A stretch of DNA of 61,712 nt, counting the filler, from Candidatus Babelota bacterium (GTDB taxonomy: Bacteria > JAGOBX01): the NCBI GenBank assembly GCA_017999075.1. It is 10 parts of 10 records of this genome, joined end to end, with 100 filler letters (N's around TTAATTAATTAA, not from the genome) between each part and the next. Parts side by side here need not be neighbours in the genome. Positions count along the whole stretch, not along the records: positions 19,700 to 33,157 come from JAGOBX010000042.1; positions 33,258 to 36,175 come from JAGOBX010000525.1; positions 36,276 to 49,684 come from JAGOBX010000043.1; 7 more parts are not named here. One strand, written 5' to 3'. The notes below the pieces were generated by a model. That model did not search any database. It saw nothing but the letters and a program-made list of their open reading frames with translations, and had not been told where the DNA came from. Below are positions 29,741 through 39,888 of this stretch, piece by piece (the stretch's first letter is position 1; every line of letters begins with the position of its first letter). Made by a program: the position numbers and the translations under genes.

Positions 29741-32539
29741 CTACCAATCCACTGTTACACTTCCGGTTGATGTTCCCCCTCCTCCTCCGGAACTTGAGCT
29801 TGCTCCGCCGCCATTTCCTCCACCTCCGCCGCCTCCTGCAGCTGCAGCTCCTCCACCTATAACAATTGCCCAGAACCACCATTTTTTATAAAACGGTTTT
29901 TTCTTCAAAACAATTTTTTCAGATGTAGTCTTATTATGATAGACAGTAGTTTTTAATTTTTGTGAATAAAATGGATGAGAAGTCATATTTACTTTTACAT
30001 AATAATCTCCGGCAGGCAAATTCTTTATTTCTACCGGCGTATTGCTTCCATAAAATTTGTCATTAACATATACTTCAGAATTTTTCGGTTCTGTTTTAAT
30101 CTTCAAATTTCCATTTGGTAATTCAATTTCAAGTTTACTTGTTTTATCTTTTTCAATATTAACTACTGCTGTTTTTTCAATTCCGTATTTTATAACTGTT
30201 ATTTCTATTTTACCGACAGGAATATCTTTTATTTTACAATTACTTTTTGTGTTATGCAAAACTCGGTTAATATAAACATCTGCTCCTTTTGGAGATGTAA
30301 CCAAATCAAGAGCTCCGCGCTCTGCTTTTGCAAAATCTAATTTTATTTCCGTATTTTGGTTTTCAAAAATTTTTACTGTTTCTGAGACAATATCTTTTCT
30401 TTTTTTTACTGCTACTATGTATTCCCCTATCATCAAATCTTTAATGATATCCGGAGTTTTTTTACCTGTATATTTATCGTTAATATAAATATCCGCATCA
30501 TCTTCAGGAATAGATGAAACATCAAGATTCCCTGTAATAGGAATTAAATTTTCATTTAAAACCACAGGCCTATCAAGCGTAATTTCAATTTCTTTTTCCA
30601 AATTTTTATATTTTGATTTTACAAATTTTAATTTATATTTTCCAATCTCTAATTTTAAATCATTTCTTGGCGTTATATATTTATAATCTTTATCATTACT
30701 GTCTGAAATCGTTACTTCTACTTCACTTGGCTCAGTAGCTACAGTTAATAAACCAAAACGAGGATTTAAATTTTCGCGTATTACATATCTTTTATCATCA
30801 TCAATATTTAATTTAAAATAAAGCGGTTCATATAATTTCAATTTAAATGCAATTTCATAATTGCCTGATTTCATATGTTCATTTATATAGGGAGTTTTCC
30901 CGCTATTTACCCCGTTAATAAAAAGTTCAGCGCCTTCAGGAATAGAATTTATGGATACATAGCTGAATCTTGGTTTTAATGGGAGTTTTATTTTAGCTGT
31001 TTCTGCGTCTTTAATCTCAAACTCAGACGTATAATCATAGTATTCCTGTAGTTTAACTGTAACCTTGTGTTTCCCGCTTTTTATTTTATCTAATGTAAAT
31101 GGCGTTTTACCGCGCTCGTAATTTTCATTATCTAAATATATAAGCGCTCCTGAAGGTTCAGTAACGATTTCAACAGACCCATAATTCTGATTTAATTTTA
31201 TATTGTTCAAATCTTCTTTATTATAAGCATTTGCTGGTATTACCACAGTTGTGTCAAAATGGTAATATAAATCTTTAACAATTCTAACTTTTACTGGACC
31301 GGCGGGGATATTTTCTAATGTAGCAGGTGTTTTTTCTTTTTTTAATTCTCCGTCTATATATATATCGGCAAATTCAGGTTCTGATGTTATTCTCAATTTT
31401 CCCGTAACCTTTATTTTTTTCAAAGAATATGTTTTTGTTAATGGTTTCCCGAGTTCTAATTTTATATTCTCTACAATAGATTTATATCCGGTTTTTGAAA
31501 TTACTATTTCATAATCCCCCCACCCAAGTTCAAAATTTTTATCATTATATTTTTGTCCATTTATGGTGATTTCAGAATTATCCGGTGAAACGATTAAATA
31601 TAAACGTTCAGTCTTTTTTACAAGATTATAATTAAAATTTATCGGTAAATTTTCTGATATGGAAATATTTGTAATGTAATCTTCATATTTATCGTTTTTA
31701 AAAATTATTGAATACGCTCCAACAGGTAATGAATCATTAAATGGAGTAACAAAACTTTTTAAAATTTTATTACCAGCATATATTTTCCCGGATGCTCCGG
31801 TTGGTTCGGATGTAACTGTAATAAGTCCAAATTCGCTTTGAAATATAATATGTTTTGTTTTTTTATCATTTGCATTTATTTGAAGACTGAATTCTACTGC
31901 GCTAAAACCATCTTTTATCAGCATTACCGAATGTATACCTGGAGATACTGCAATTGATGTCGGCGTTTTTTTATCAGTTTTAACTCCGTTGATAAATATC
32001 TCAGCTTCAGCCGGATTGCTTGTTAATTCGATAATTCCTGTCTGGACCGCATCGCGCACATCTAATATTTCTTTTGATAATTGTTCTATTGCATTCTCAA
32101 ATTCTTTATAATCATTGATTTTACAGTTTGCAGATGCTGTCTTTTCAGATTGTCCTGTTTCTACATTTATAAGTTTAATATTGAATATAAACATATTGTC
32201 GCCAAACTTCCCTATTGAACCCATTATTATTACCTGTGCAGCAAGAAGTTTTCCAAGTTTTATTCCGCATTCATTGGAAAAACAATCTTCAAACTGTTTT
32301 TTTTGTTCTTCAAGAATTTTTTCAATACGCACAGTTTCTATCAGTTTGAACATTTGTTTATTTTCTGTGTGTTTTCCGATTTTAGTAAATAATAAATCAC
32401 TCGCTGTTTTTGCTGCCATCCTGTCTACATTTTCTAATGTGTCAAGAGGCTTTATTGCAAGTGTCCTGACATCAGAAAAACTATTATTTACGCAAAATAG
32501 TATTATTAAAAAGCTTATAATTACTGTGTTAAAACGCAT
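29741..32539 (-). CDS. Exported CsgG/TolB-N-like + multi-PEGA-domain protein with C-terminal hydrophobic, Gly-rich tail
   Basis: IEKILEEQ..GKLLAAQVIIMGSIGK..LINVETG; about ten (S/T)xPxGAxIYI(N/D)G..TP-type repeats; AAGGAG RBS. Confidence 0.88.
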   Translation of the reverse strand: MRFNTVIISFLIILFCVNNSFSDVRTLAIKPLDTLENVDRMAAKTASDLLFTKIGKHTENKQMFKLIETVRIEKILEEQKKQFEDCFSNECGIKLGKLLAAQVIIMGSIGKFGDNMFIFNIKLINVETGQSEKTASANCKINDYKEFENAIEQLSKEILDVRDAVQTGIIELTSNPAEAEIFINGVKTDKKTPTSIAVSPGIHSVMLIKDGFSAVEFSLQINANDKKTKHIIFQSEFGLITVTSEPTGASGKIYAGNKILKSFVTPFNDSLPVGAYSIIFKNDKYEDYITNISISENLPINFNYNLVKKTERLYLIVSPDNSEITINGQKYNDKNFELGWGDYEIVISKTGYKSIVENIKLELGKPLTKTYSLKKIKVTGKLRITSEPEFADIYIDGELKKEKTPATLENIPAGPVKVRIVKDLYYHFDTTVVIPANAYNKEDLNNIKLNQNYGSVEIVTEPSGALIYLDNENYERGKTPFTLDKIKSGKHKVTVKLQEYYDYTSEFEIKDAETAKIKLPLKPRFSYVSINSIPEGAELFINGVNSGKTPYINEHMKSGNYEIAFKLKLYEPLYFKLNIDDDKRYVIRENLNPRFGLLTVATEPSEVEVTISDSNDKDYKYITPRNDLKLEIGKYKLKFVKSKYKNLEKEIEITLDRPVVLNENLIPITGNLDVSSIPEDDADIYINDKYTGKKTPDIIKDLMIGEYIVAVKKRKDIVSETVKIFENQNTEIKLDFAKAERGALDLVTSPKGADVYINRVLHNTKSNCKIKDIPVGKIEITVIKYGIEKTAVVNIEKDKTSKLEIELPNGNLKIKTEPKNSEVYVNDKFYGSNTPVEIKNLPAGDYYVKVNMTSHPFYSQKLKTTVYHNKTTSEKIVLKKKPFYKKWWFWAIVIGGGAAAAGGGGGGGNGGGASSSSGGGGGTSTGSVTVDW

Positions 32540-32564
32540 TTTATTTAACTCCTTTAAAATAATT

Positions 32565-33044
32565 TTACAGGCGAGGCACCTTAAATAGTTCAATCAATGA
32601 AAATTCAAGAAATGTTTCAATGTTGTCGATACCCAAATCCTTCATTTTAATCCATTCATATTCATTAAAATATACTAATATTTCCCCCGTTTTAAATAAA
32701 TTATTGGCTATTGAATTTTCTCTAACTTTATTAATAACAATTTGCTTATTAGTTTTATCGATTTCATATTCAATACCGCATTTATCAATGATTAATTTTC
32801 GCATATATTCAATTACATCAGCAATTAATTTTTTGTTTTTTTGTTTTAATTCATTATAAATATCTGCATTCGGTTCCTGGCGATCATCACAATAGTAAAA
32901 TTTAATATCAAAAGTCGAATTTTCTTCTACTTTTAAAAAGGCGTCAACTTGAAAAATATTTTTTTTTTCATTAAATTTTATATCCCAATCTTTTTTTATA
33001 TCCAAATTTTTTTCTTCAAACATAAATGAAATTTTATTATTCAT
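32565..33044 (-). CDS. Hypothetical protein with possible partial PDZ-like C-terminus
   Basis: 159-aa ORF; GIEYE..IVINKVRENSIA...TGEILVYFN resembles PDZ. Confidence 0.4.
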   Translation of the reverse strand: MNNKISFMFEEKNLDIKKDWDIKFNEKKNIFQVDAFLKVEENSTFDIKFYYCDDRQEPNADIYNELKQKNKKLIADVIEYMRKLIIDKCGIEYEIDKTNKQIVINKVRENSIANNLFKTGEILVYFNEYEWIKMKDLGIDNIETFLEFSLIELFKVPRL

Positions 33045-33257
33045 ATTATTAGCATTTGTTATTTTTATTGTTGATTTTTGAGTTTTGCCTGAATATAATA
33101 AATTAGCACCAGCTGCAGCATACCAATAAATAGCCGATTTAGCATCATATCCAATACNNNNNNNNNNNNNNNNNNNNNNNNNNNNNNNNNNNNNNNNNNN
33201 NTTAATTAATTAANNNNNNNNNNNNNNNNNNNNNNNNNNNNNNNNNNNNNNNNNNNN

Positions 33258-33998
33258 CCCTTCGTTCCACATCCCTATTTTTATTTTGTTTATATCCATT
33301 TCAAATTCAGAAAGTTTAAATACATCGCCTTTATCAACTGATGCTTTAAACTTCATATACATTTTTTTCAGTTTTCCAAGTTTTTCTTTAGAATAAATAT
33401 CTACATATTTAACTTTTATTTCTGCTCCCTCAAAAATATCTATTACAAGTTTTACTCTGTTTTTTTTATCATTGTTTTTCACATAATTCGAAGTTACCTG
33501 AGCATAATAATATCCTTCTGAAACCAGATAACTTTTTATTTTTTCAGTGATTTTTTTTGTTCTGAAATCAGTTGCAAAATCTCCTTTATTATAATCAACC
33601 ATATCCTTTATTTTATCTATGATTTCAGTATCGTCTTTGTTGGATTTGACATTATTTAACCCAGTTATCTCATAGGAATCAAATATCGGCCATTCTTCAA
33701 GATATAGATAAATCACTTCAGTATCTTTCTCTTCAATTTTAAAATTTACATTTTTAAAATTATTAGTCGCATATAAAATTTTTGTGGATTTATCAATAAG
33801 TTCATAAAATTTGTTAATTTCATATTTTTCTTCTTTTAAAACTATGTTTTCACGGATTTCAAATTCAGTTATCAGATTATTCCCGGTTATTTTGATGTCT
33901 TTTATGTTAATGTATCTGTCTGATTCTGCATATAATTTGTAATTGAATATAGAGAATATTGTTATTATCAAAATTAAATAGATATATATTTTTTTCAT
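33258..33998 (-). CDS. BamA/Omp85-family N-terminal POTRA domains (truncated)
   Basis: Signal peptide; IKDIKITGNNLI, LYATNNFKNV, LEEWP, YLVSEGYYYAQV, IDIFEG. Confidence 0.8.
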
Positions 33999-34210
33999 TT
34001 TTTTCTCAATAAATTTATAATATTTTTATAAAAATTGCCGAAAATGTAACTTGTTGTCCGTATAAAATTACAAATTTATATACAGAATCTACTCCTCACG
34101 ATACAAATCATTTTATTATAGCAAAAAAAAAATTGCATGTCAATAAATTTTAATAAAATTTAAAATATATTATAATCATTTGTTAATTGTCTTGTCTGTA
34201 AGTTTTTAGA

Positions 34211-35809
34211 TTATTTCATAACAAAATCATTATGACGTGATGCTAATTCGATTTTTGATTCAGGATAATCTGTTCTGAAATGAGCACCCCTGCTTTCCTC
34301 TCTTAACAAAGCAGCTTTAACAATTATTTCTCCTACAATTATTTTATTCTGCAATTCAAACCCGGAAACGTTTTGAAATGATCTGGCAAACAAATATGTT
34401 TTCCATTTTTCTATTGTTTTTAATGCTTCAGATAAAATTTCTTTATCACGAAAAATCCCGATATTTCGCCACATAAGACTTTTTATAGAATTTTTAGCAT
34501 CTGCTATATTGAAATTATCAAAAAATTTTGTTTGCCCTGCCCCAAATTCAATACTATTAAATGTTAATTTGTTTTTGTGCAAATTCTTGTTTAAAGCATA
34601 TTTCCCTGCCCTGTATCCGAAAACTAATCCTTCAAGAAGTGAATTGCTTGCTAGCCTGTTCGCACCATGTACTCCTGAACATGCGCATTCCCCGCATGCA
34701 TACAACCCTTCCACGTTTGTTTCTCCAAACTCGTTTGTTTTTATCCCTCCCATAAAATAATGTTCTGCCGGTCTTACCGGAATATAATCTTTTTTTATGT
34801 CAATTCCGTATAACATACACATTTGAAGAATATTAGGAAAACGCGTTTCTATTAGTTTGGCCGGCAAATGAGTTAAATCGAGATGAACATTAGAAGTATT
34901 CGTTTCAATCATTTCGTATGAAATTGAACGGCTCACTATATCCCGGGCAGCAAGTTCTCCGTCTTTATGATATTTAAACATAAACCGTTCTTTTTTTTTG
35001 TTTATCAGATATGCACCTTCGCCTCTTACTGATTCGGATATTAAAAAACGGGGAGCTCCTGCTAAATAAAAAGTAGTTGGATGAAATTGAACAAACTCCA
35101 TATCAGTCAAAACAGCTCCGCTTCTATATGCCATTGCTATTGTATCTCCGGTAATCTCTCCGGGATTCGTGGTTTCTCTGTAAATTTGACCTATTCCGCC
35201 TCCAGCTAATATTATTCTTTCCGCTAAAATAAATATTTCCTGGCCTGTGTTAAGATCATATGCAGTACATCCGCAGCATCTATTATTTATTACTATCAGA
35301 TCAATCGCAAAAAGCTGTTCCTTAACAAAAATATTTTCATGCAGCCTTATTTTTTTTATCAAAGAATATTCTATCTCTCTCCCGGTTGCATCACCGCTGC
35401 AATGAATTATCCTATTGTTCGAATGAGCCGCTTCTTTTGTAAGATGTATTTTTCCTGTTTCTGTCCTGTCAAATTTAACTCCCCATTCTATCAATTGGTT
35501 TATCCGTTTTTTCCCTTCTTTTACAAGAATTTCAACAGATGGTTTTACACATATTCCGGCGCCAGCATTTAATGTATCATTTATATGATTTTCAAAAGTG
35601 TCTTCATCACTCATAACAACAGATATCCCGCCCTGTGCCAACGGGGTACTGCCGGAATTAAGTTTTGTTTTTGAAATTATTGTAACACGCGCATTTTCTT
35701 CTCCTGCACTAATCGCAGACATAAGCCCTGCTATACCGCTGCCTATTACAAGTATATCAGTTTCATATCTCAATAAATCGTTTAATTTATAATTTTTTAA
35801 TAATAGCAT
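34211..35809 (-). CDS. nadB: L-aspartate oxidase
   Basis: IGSGIAG, AQGGI, EAAHS..RIIH, EFVQFHPT, LISESVRGEG, GVHGANRLASNSLLEG, ESRGAHFR. Confidence 0.95.
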   Translation of the reverse strand: MLLLKNYKLNDLLRYETDILVIGSGIAGLMSAISAGEENARVTIISKTKLNSGSTPLAQGGISVVMSDEDTFENHINDTLNAGAGICVKPSVEILVKEGKKRINQLIEWGVKFDRTETGKIHLTKEAAHSNNRIIHCSGDATGREIEYSLIKKIRLHENIFVKEQLFAIDLIVINNRCCGCTAYDLNTGQEIFILAERIILAGGGIGQIYRETTNPGEITGDTIAMAYRSGAVLTDMEFVQFHPTTFYLAGAPRFLISESVRGEGAYLINKKKERFMFKYHKDGELAARDIVSRSISYEMIETNTSNVHLDLTHLPAKLIETRFPNILQMCMLYGIDIKKDYIPVRPAEHYFMGGIKTNEFGETNVEGLYACGECACSGVHGANRLASNSLLEGLVFGYRAGKYALNKNLHKNKLTFNSIEFGAGQTKFFDNFNIADAKNSIKSLMWRNIGIFRDKEILSEALKTIEKWKTYLFARSFQNVSGFELQNKIIVGEIIVKAALLREESRGAHFRTDYPESKIELASRHNDFVMK

Positions 35810-35865
35810 ATTTCAAATTATATTTAACAATATCAATAAAACAAGTTAAAAAAATAAAAATATTA

Positions 35866-35893
35866 TTGACAATTTTTTTTATATTATTATATT
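35866..35893 (+). promoter_or_regulatory. Sigma70-like promoter of tRNA-Gln
   Basis: TTGACA-16 nt-TATATT about 15 nt upstream of the tRNA. Confidence 0.55.
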
Positions 35894-35907
35894 TAATTTC
35901 AAAAAAT

Positions 35908-35981
35908 TGCCCCGTAGTGTAACGGTAGCACACCGGACTCTGACTCCGCTTGTTAAGGTTCAAATCCTTACGGGGCATCCA
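35908..35981 (+). tRNA. tRNA-Gln (CTG)
   Basis: Acceptor TGCCCCG/CGGGGCA, anticodon loop CTCTGAC, T arm GGTTCAAATCC, encoded CCA. Confidence 0.95.
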
Positions 35982-36282
35982 ACAATATTTTTTCTAACCT
36001 AATTGATATTCAAGGCTTTAATATGGTGATTTTTCGGTATGTCCGTAGTCTGTCCAAAAACAGCAAAAGGACTATAAAGGACTATTGCGGACAGTAAAAT
36101 CGGAAAATAATCGGAAAATTTTTATAAAGCAAAAAGTTATTGATATAACAAATTCCAAGAAATTGAAAAATATTTNNNNNNNNNNNNNNNNNNNNNNNNN
36201 NNNNNNNNNNNNNNNNNNNTTAATTAATTAANNNNNNNNNNNNNNNNNNNNNNNNNNNNNNNNNNNNNNNNNNNNTGATTAT

Positions 36283-37374
36283 ATGCATCCATGGATTTAT
36301 CAAAAATCATGTTTAAATATTAATTCTGAATTTAATACAGGCGATTTTGTTTTTGTGTCCTATAAAAACAAAATCAATGCAGCAGGTTTTTTAGATAAAA
36401 ATTCATTATACGCGCTAAAAATTTTTGAATTTAATGTTGAACCGGAAAAGTTTGATGTTAAAGCCTGTTTAAAAAATAAAATTTTGAAGGCCGTTTCTTA
36501 TCGAAACAGCATTGGTTATAATAAAGTGTGCAGAATAGTTCACGGTGAAGCGGATGGTATTCCCGGTTTGTTTATTGAACGATATGAAAATCTTATAGTA
36601 ATACAGTATTCTTTTAAAGGAATATATAATTTTAGTAATTTAATAACGGAAATTATAATTGAATTATTTGATGATATTTCAATTTTTATAATTTCTCCAG
36701 ACAATGAAAAAAAAATAATTTATGGAAACATAAAATTACCTGTAAAAATCGAGATAGACAATGTTAAGTTTTATATAAATCCTGATGGGCAAAAAACAGG
36801 ATTTTATCTTGATCAGAGAATTAACAGAATTAATCTGTCTAATTATGTAAGAAAGGGTATGCGGATTCTTGATTCTTTTGCTTATACAGGAGGTTTTGCT
36901 TTATACTGTATGCGCCGGGGTGCAGTAGCGGATATCATAGAATATAATAAACGCTATGTCGATCAGTTTGAGCAGAATTGCGAATTAAACGGGTTTATGC
37001 AATCTCAATACAAATGTTATATAGGAAGAACAGAAGAAATTTTTAAACGGCTGGATTCAAAGTACGATATTATATTTATAGATCCTCCTGGTTTGGTTTC
37101 AAAATCGAATCAAAAAAATAATGCTTTAAAATATATTTATAATCTTTTTATTGATGCAATAAGTTTATTGAATTCCGAAGGGATTATTTCATTAAGCGTA
37201 TGTTCAAATATTTTAACCGATGATTCTTTAAACAGAACCATTATGAATGCTTGCGCTGCAAAAAAAGAGCGTTTTAGAATAATATATGAAAATCGTTCTT
37301 CTTCTGATCACCCGGTATTGCTAAATTTTCCTGAAGGCGATTACCTCAGATGTTTGGCATTTCAAAAAGTATAA
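36283..37374 (+). CDS. RlmI-like class I SAM-dependent rRNA methyltransferase (5' end at contig edge)
   Basis: HPWIY, RIVHGEADGIPGL, GQKTGFYLDQR, FAYTGGF, IDPP, DHPV..FPEGDYL. Confidence 0.88.
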   Translation: MHPWIYQKSCLNINSEFNTGDFVFVSYKNKINAAGFLDKNSLYALKIFEFNVEPEKFDVKACLKNKILKAVSYRNSIGYNKVCRIVHGEADGIPGLFIERYENLIVIQYSFKGIYNFSNLITEIIIELFDDISIFIISPDNEKKIIYGNIKLPVKIEIDNVKFYINPDGQKTGFYLDQRINRINLSNYVRKGMRILDSFAYTGGFALYCMRRGAVADIIEYNKRYVDQFEQNCELNGFMQSQYKCYIGRTEEIFKRLDSKYDIIFIDPPGLVSKSNQKNNALKYIYNLFIDAISLLNSEGIISLSVCSNILTDDSLNRTIMNACAAKKERFRIIYENRSSSDHPVLLNFPEGDYLRCLAFQKV

Positions 37375-37385
37375 TTTTGAAAATG

Positions 37386-38273
37386 TTATTTAATCCTTAA
37401 TTTTTTTTTAAATTTTATTCCTGATTCAGTTATTGCAAGTCCGCCTTCAGATGTTTCTTTATAAATTACAGGCATGTTGTCAGCAATCTCTTTCACCACA
37501 TTGACAACTTCGTCAAACGGAATAACGCTTACAATTCCTGATATGGACAATTGAGCAGCCACTAATGATTCTATAGCTTTGAATCCGTTTCGTTTAACAC
37601 ATGGAACTTCAACAAGTCCTGCTACAGGATCGCAGGTTAATCCAAGATTATTTTTTAAAGATAACGCGGCAGCATTAAAAATTTGATTGATATTTCCTTT
37701 TAATAAAAATACTATTGCTCCGGATGCCATAGCAGAAGCTATACCGCATTCAACCATACATCCTCCAGCAGCTCCTGATATAGAAGTCTTTGACGCTGCT
37801 ATTCTTCCGATTTCTCCTGCAACAAGCAAAGAATCTACTATTAATTCAATATTGAATTTATATTTTTTTGATAAAGGAATTAAAACGCCAGGCAGTATTC
37901 CGCATGAACCCGCAGTAGGACATGCAACTATTTTGCCCATGCTGCAGTTATATTCAGCAACTGCTATAGAAGAATATAATATTTCATATTCTAAAGAGTT
38001 CAATAATCTGAATTTATTTTTAACTAATTTTTTTGATTCATTGTCAAGACAAACTGTATCAAGATTTTTTCGGAGACCGTTATTTATTGATTCACGCATT
38101 GTTTTTATGTATTTTTTTAGTTTTAATCTTATTTGATTTTTTTTAACGCCAAATAATTTAGATTCCCGTTCAACTATAAAATCAGGCAAATTAAAATTAT
38201 ATTTTTTTATAATTTTAATTAATTCGGAGCATGAACTGTAATTGTATTTATTCATATTATTTTTATTCACCAT
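37386..38273 (-). CDS. sdaAA: L-serine dehydratase, Fe-S dependent, alpha subunit
   Basis: MGKIVACPTAGSCG, ISGAAGGC..ECG, LGLTCDPVAGLVEVPCVKRN, ETSEGGLA. Confidence 0.95.
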   Translation of the reverse strand: MVNKNNMNKYNYSSCSELIKIIKKYNFNLPDFIVERESKLFGVKKNQIRLKLKKYIKTMRESINNGLRKNLDTVCLDNESKKLVKNKFRLLNSLEYEILYSSIAVAEYNCSMGKIVACPTAGSCGILPGVLIPLSKKYKFNIELIVDSLLVAGEIGRIAASKTSISGAAGGCMVECGIASAMASGAIVFLLKGNINQIFNAAALSLKNNLGLTCDPVAGLVEVPCVKRNGFKAIESLVAAQLSISGIVSVIPFDEVVNVVKEIADNMPVIYKETSEGGLAITESGIKFKKKLRIK

Positions 38274-38956
38274 ATTTCATGAATCTTATGAATTACTCTT
38301 GCTCTTAAAACATCGTTAAGCATCATGATATTTTTTTTGATTTTTGGTTCAATGAAATTATCGAATGTGATGACAGTTTTGATATCTTCTATTTTATTAT
38401 GACGGACAGAATTTATTGAAACAATATTCAGTTTGTAATCTGATAAAATTTTAAGTATTTCAGATAATATGCCTATTCTGTCTTTATGAGTAACTATAAG
38501 TGTTTCATTATCTCCTGTAATATTGACTTCAAATCCGTCTATCTCCTGTATTAAAATTAATCCTCCCCCTAACGAAACCCCTACTACTTCTATTGACAAT
38601 TTTTCAGAGCACATATTTATTATTGCAGTATTTGGAAGGTAATTGTTAGGTTTGTAAATTTTTTCGATACAATATTTTATTTTTTTTTCTTTAAAAATTT
38701 TTTCTGCTGTTTTTATCCGTTTATCTGATTTTGAAAGACCTATGAGTCCTGCTAAAAGAGCTTTATGAGTTCCGTGTCCAACACCTGTTTCAGCGAAAGA
38801 ATTAAATAAGCTTATTTTAACACTTAATAATTCTCCGTTTAGAATGCTTCTGCAAGCCAGTCCTATTCGAACTGCTCCGGCAGTGTGCGATGATGAAGGG
38901 CCAATCATTTCAGGACCTATTATATCAAGAATGCTGTCAAATCTGAAATTAGACAT
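38267..38956 (-). CDS. sdaAB: L-serine dehydratase beta subunit with ACT domain
   Basis: IIGPEMIGPSSSHTAGAVRIG, SFAETGVGHGT, SLGGG, HKDRIGIL. Confidence 0.95.
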   Translation of the reverse strand: MSNFRFDSILDIIGPEMIGPSSSHTAGAVRIGLACRSILNGELLSVKISLFNSFAETGVGHGTHKALLAGLIGLSKSDKRIKTAEKIFKEKKIKYCIEKIYKPNNYLPNTAIINMCSEKLSIEVVGVSLGGGLILIQEIDGFEVNITGDNETLIVTHKDRIGILSEILKILSDYKLNIVSINSVRHNKIEDIKTVITFDNFIEPKIKKNIMMLNDVLRARVIHKIHEIW

Positions 38957-39860
38957 AACTTATAAATAAAGATAAACATTTTGAAGATATACATCCGGCA
39001 TCAATAAGATTATTTGATTTATATAAAGCATTTATCAATATATCGTTAAAATTTCCTGTGATAACATTTCCGGCATATAAATCTTTTCTATGAAAACAAG
39101 GAAATACATTTCCGAAAACATCTATAACTGCAGCTGCACTTCCCATAAAACAACTTATACCTTTTATATCATTTTTTTCATAATAATCCTGAATCAGTTG
39201 AACATAACTATATGTATTGTTTTCGATCATCCAGTCTGATAATTGTTCTTTGATATTTTTCCAGAATTTTTTATCAATCTCGGATAAAGAGTATTTTTTG
39301 AAAACTGCGGGTAAGTTTTCGTCAATATGCAGCGGCTGTATAATAAAATGTTTGTTTTCTGATTTGCTGACTTTTTTATATACATCATAAATTCGTGTAT
39401 GATTTTTCGAAGATAACAAAAATGTTGAAGTTACCGTTCCGAAAATTTTTTTTACTGTTTCTGTTTTATCATAATAAAAATTTAATAAATTATTGAAATC
39501 TTCCGAGTCGGAATCAATAAGTTTTGAAAGAGAAACAGTTACTGCGTTTAGACCTGAATTCTTTAAATTTGTCATAGATTCTTCGGTAATCAATTCAGCA
39601 TTTGTAAGCAATAAAGTTGAAATACCATTTTTATAAGCTTCTGAAACTATAGCATTAATATTATTATTCAGTAGAGGTTCGCCTCCTGTCAATATGATAT
39701 TGTTAATAGCTGCTTTTTTCATTTTTGAAATCAGTTCTATATATTGGGATAAACTTAATTCTTGAGTTCTGCTGTGCAAATTAATTTTGTTTAAATTATT
39801 TAAACAATAAAAACAGTTATTATTACATTCATTAGTCAGCATTAAAAAAATATTGTTCAA
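38949..39860 (-). CDS. Radical SAM protein with SPASM/twitch-like C-terminus
   Basis: CNNNCFYC, LTGGEPLL, CFMG..IDVFGNVFPC; TTG start with GGAG RBS. Confidence 0.85.
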   Translation of the reverse strand: MNNIFLMLTNECNNNCFYCLNNLNKINLHSRTQELSLSQYIELISKMKKAAINNIILTGGEPLLNNNINAIVSEAYKNGISTLLLTNAELITEESMTNLKNSGLNAVTVSLSKLIDSDSEDFNNLLNFYYDKTETVKKIFGTVTSTFLLSSKNHTRIYDVYKKVSKSENKHFIIQPLHIDENLPAVFKKYSLSEIDKKFWKNIKEQLSDWMIENNTYSYVQLIQDYYEKNDIKGISCFMGSAAAVIDVFGNVFPCFHRKDLYAGNVITGNFNDILINALYKSNNLIDAGCISSKCLSLFISYV

Positions 39861-39888
39861 ATTTAATCTCCGGTATAAATTAATAAAA

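Noticed and set aside
35787-35978. 63-aa minus-strand ORF
   Set aside because: It is the reverse complement of tRNA-Gln and its promoter.
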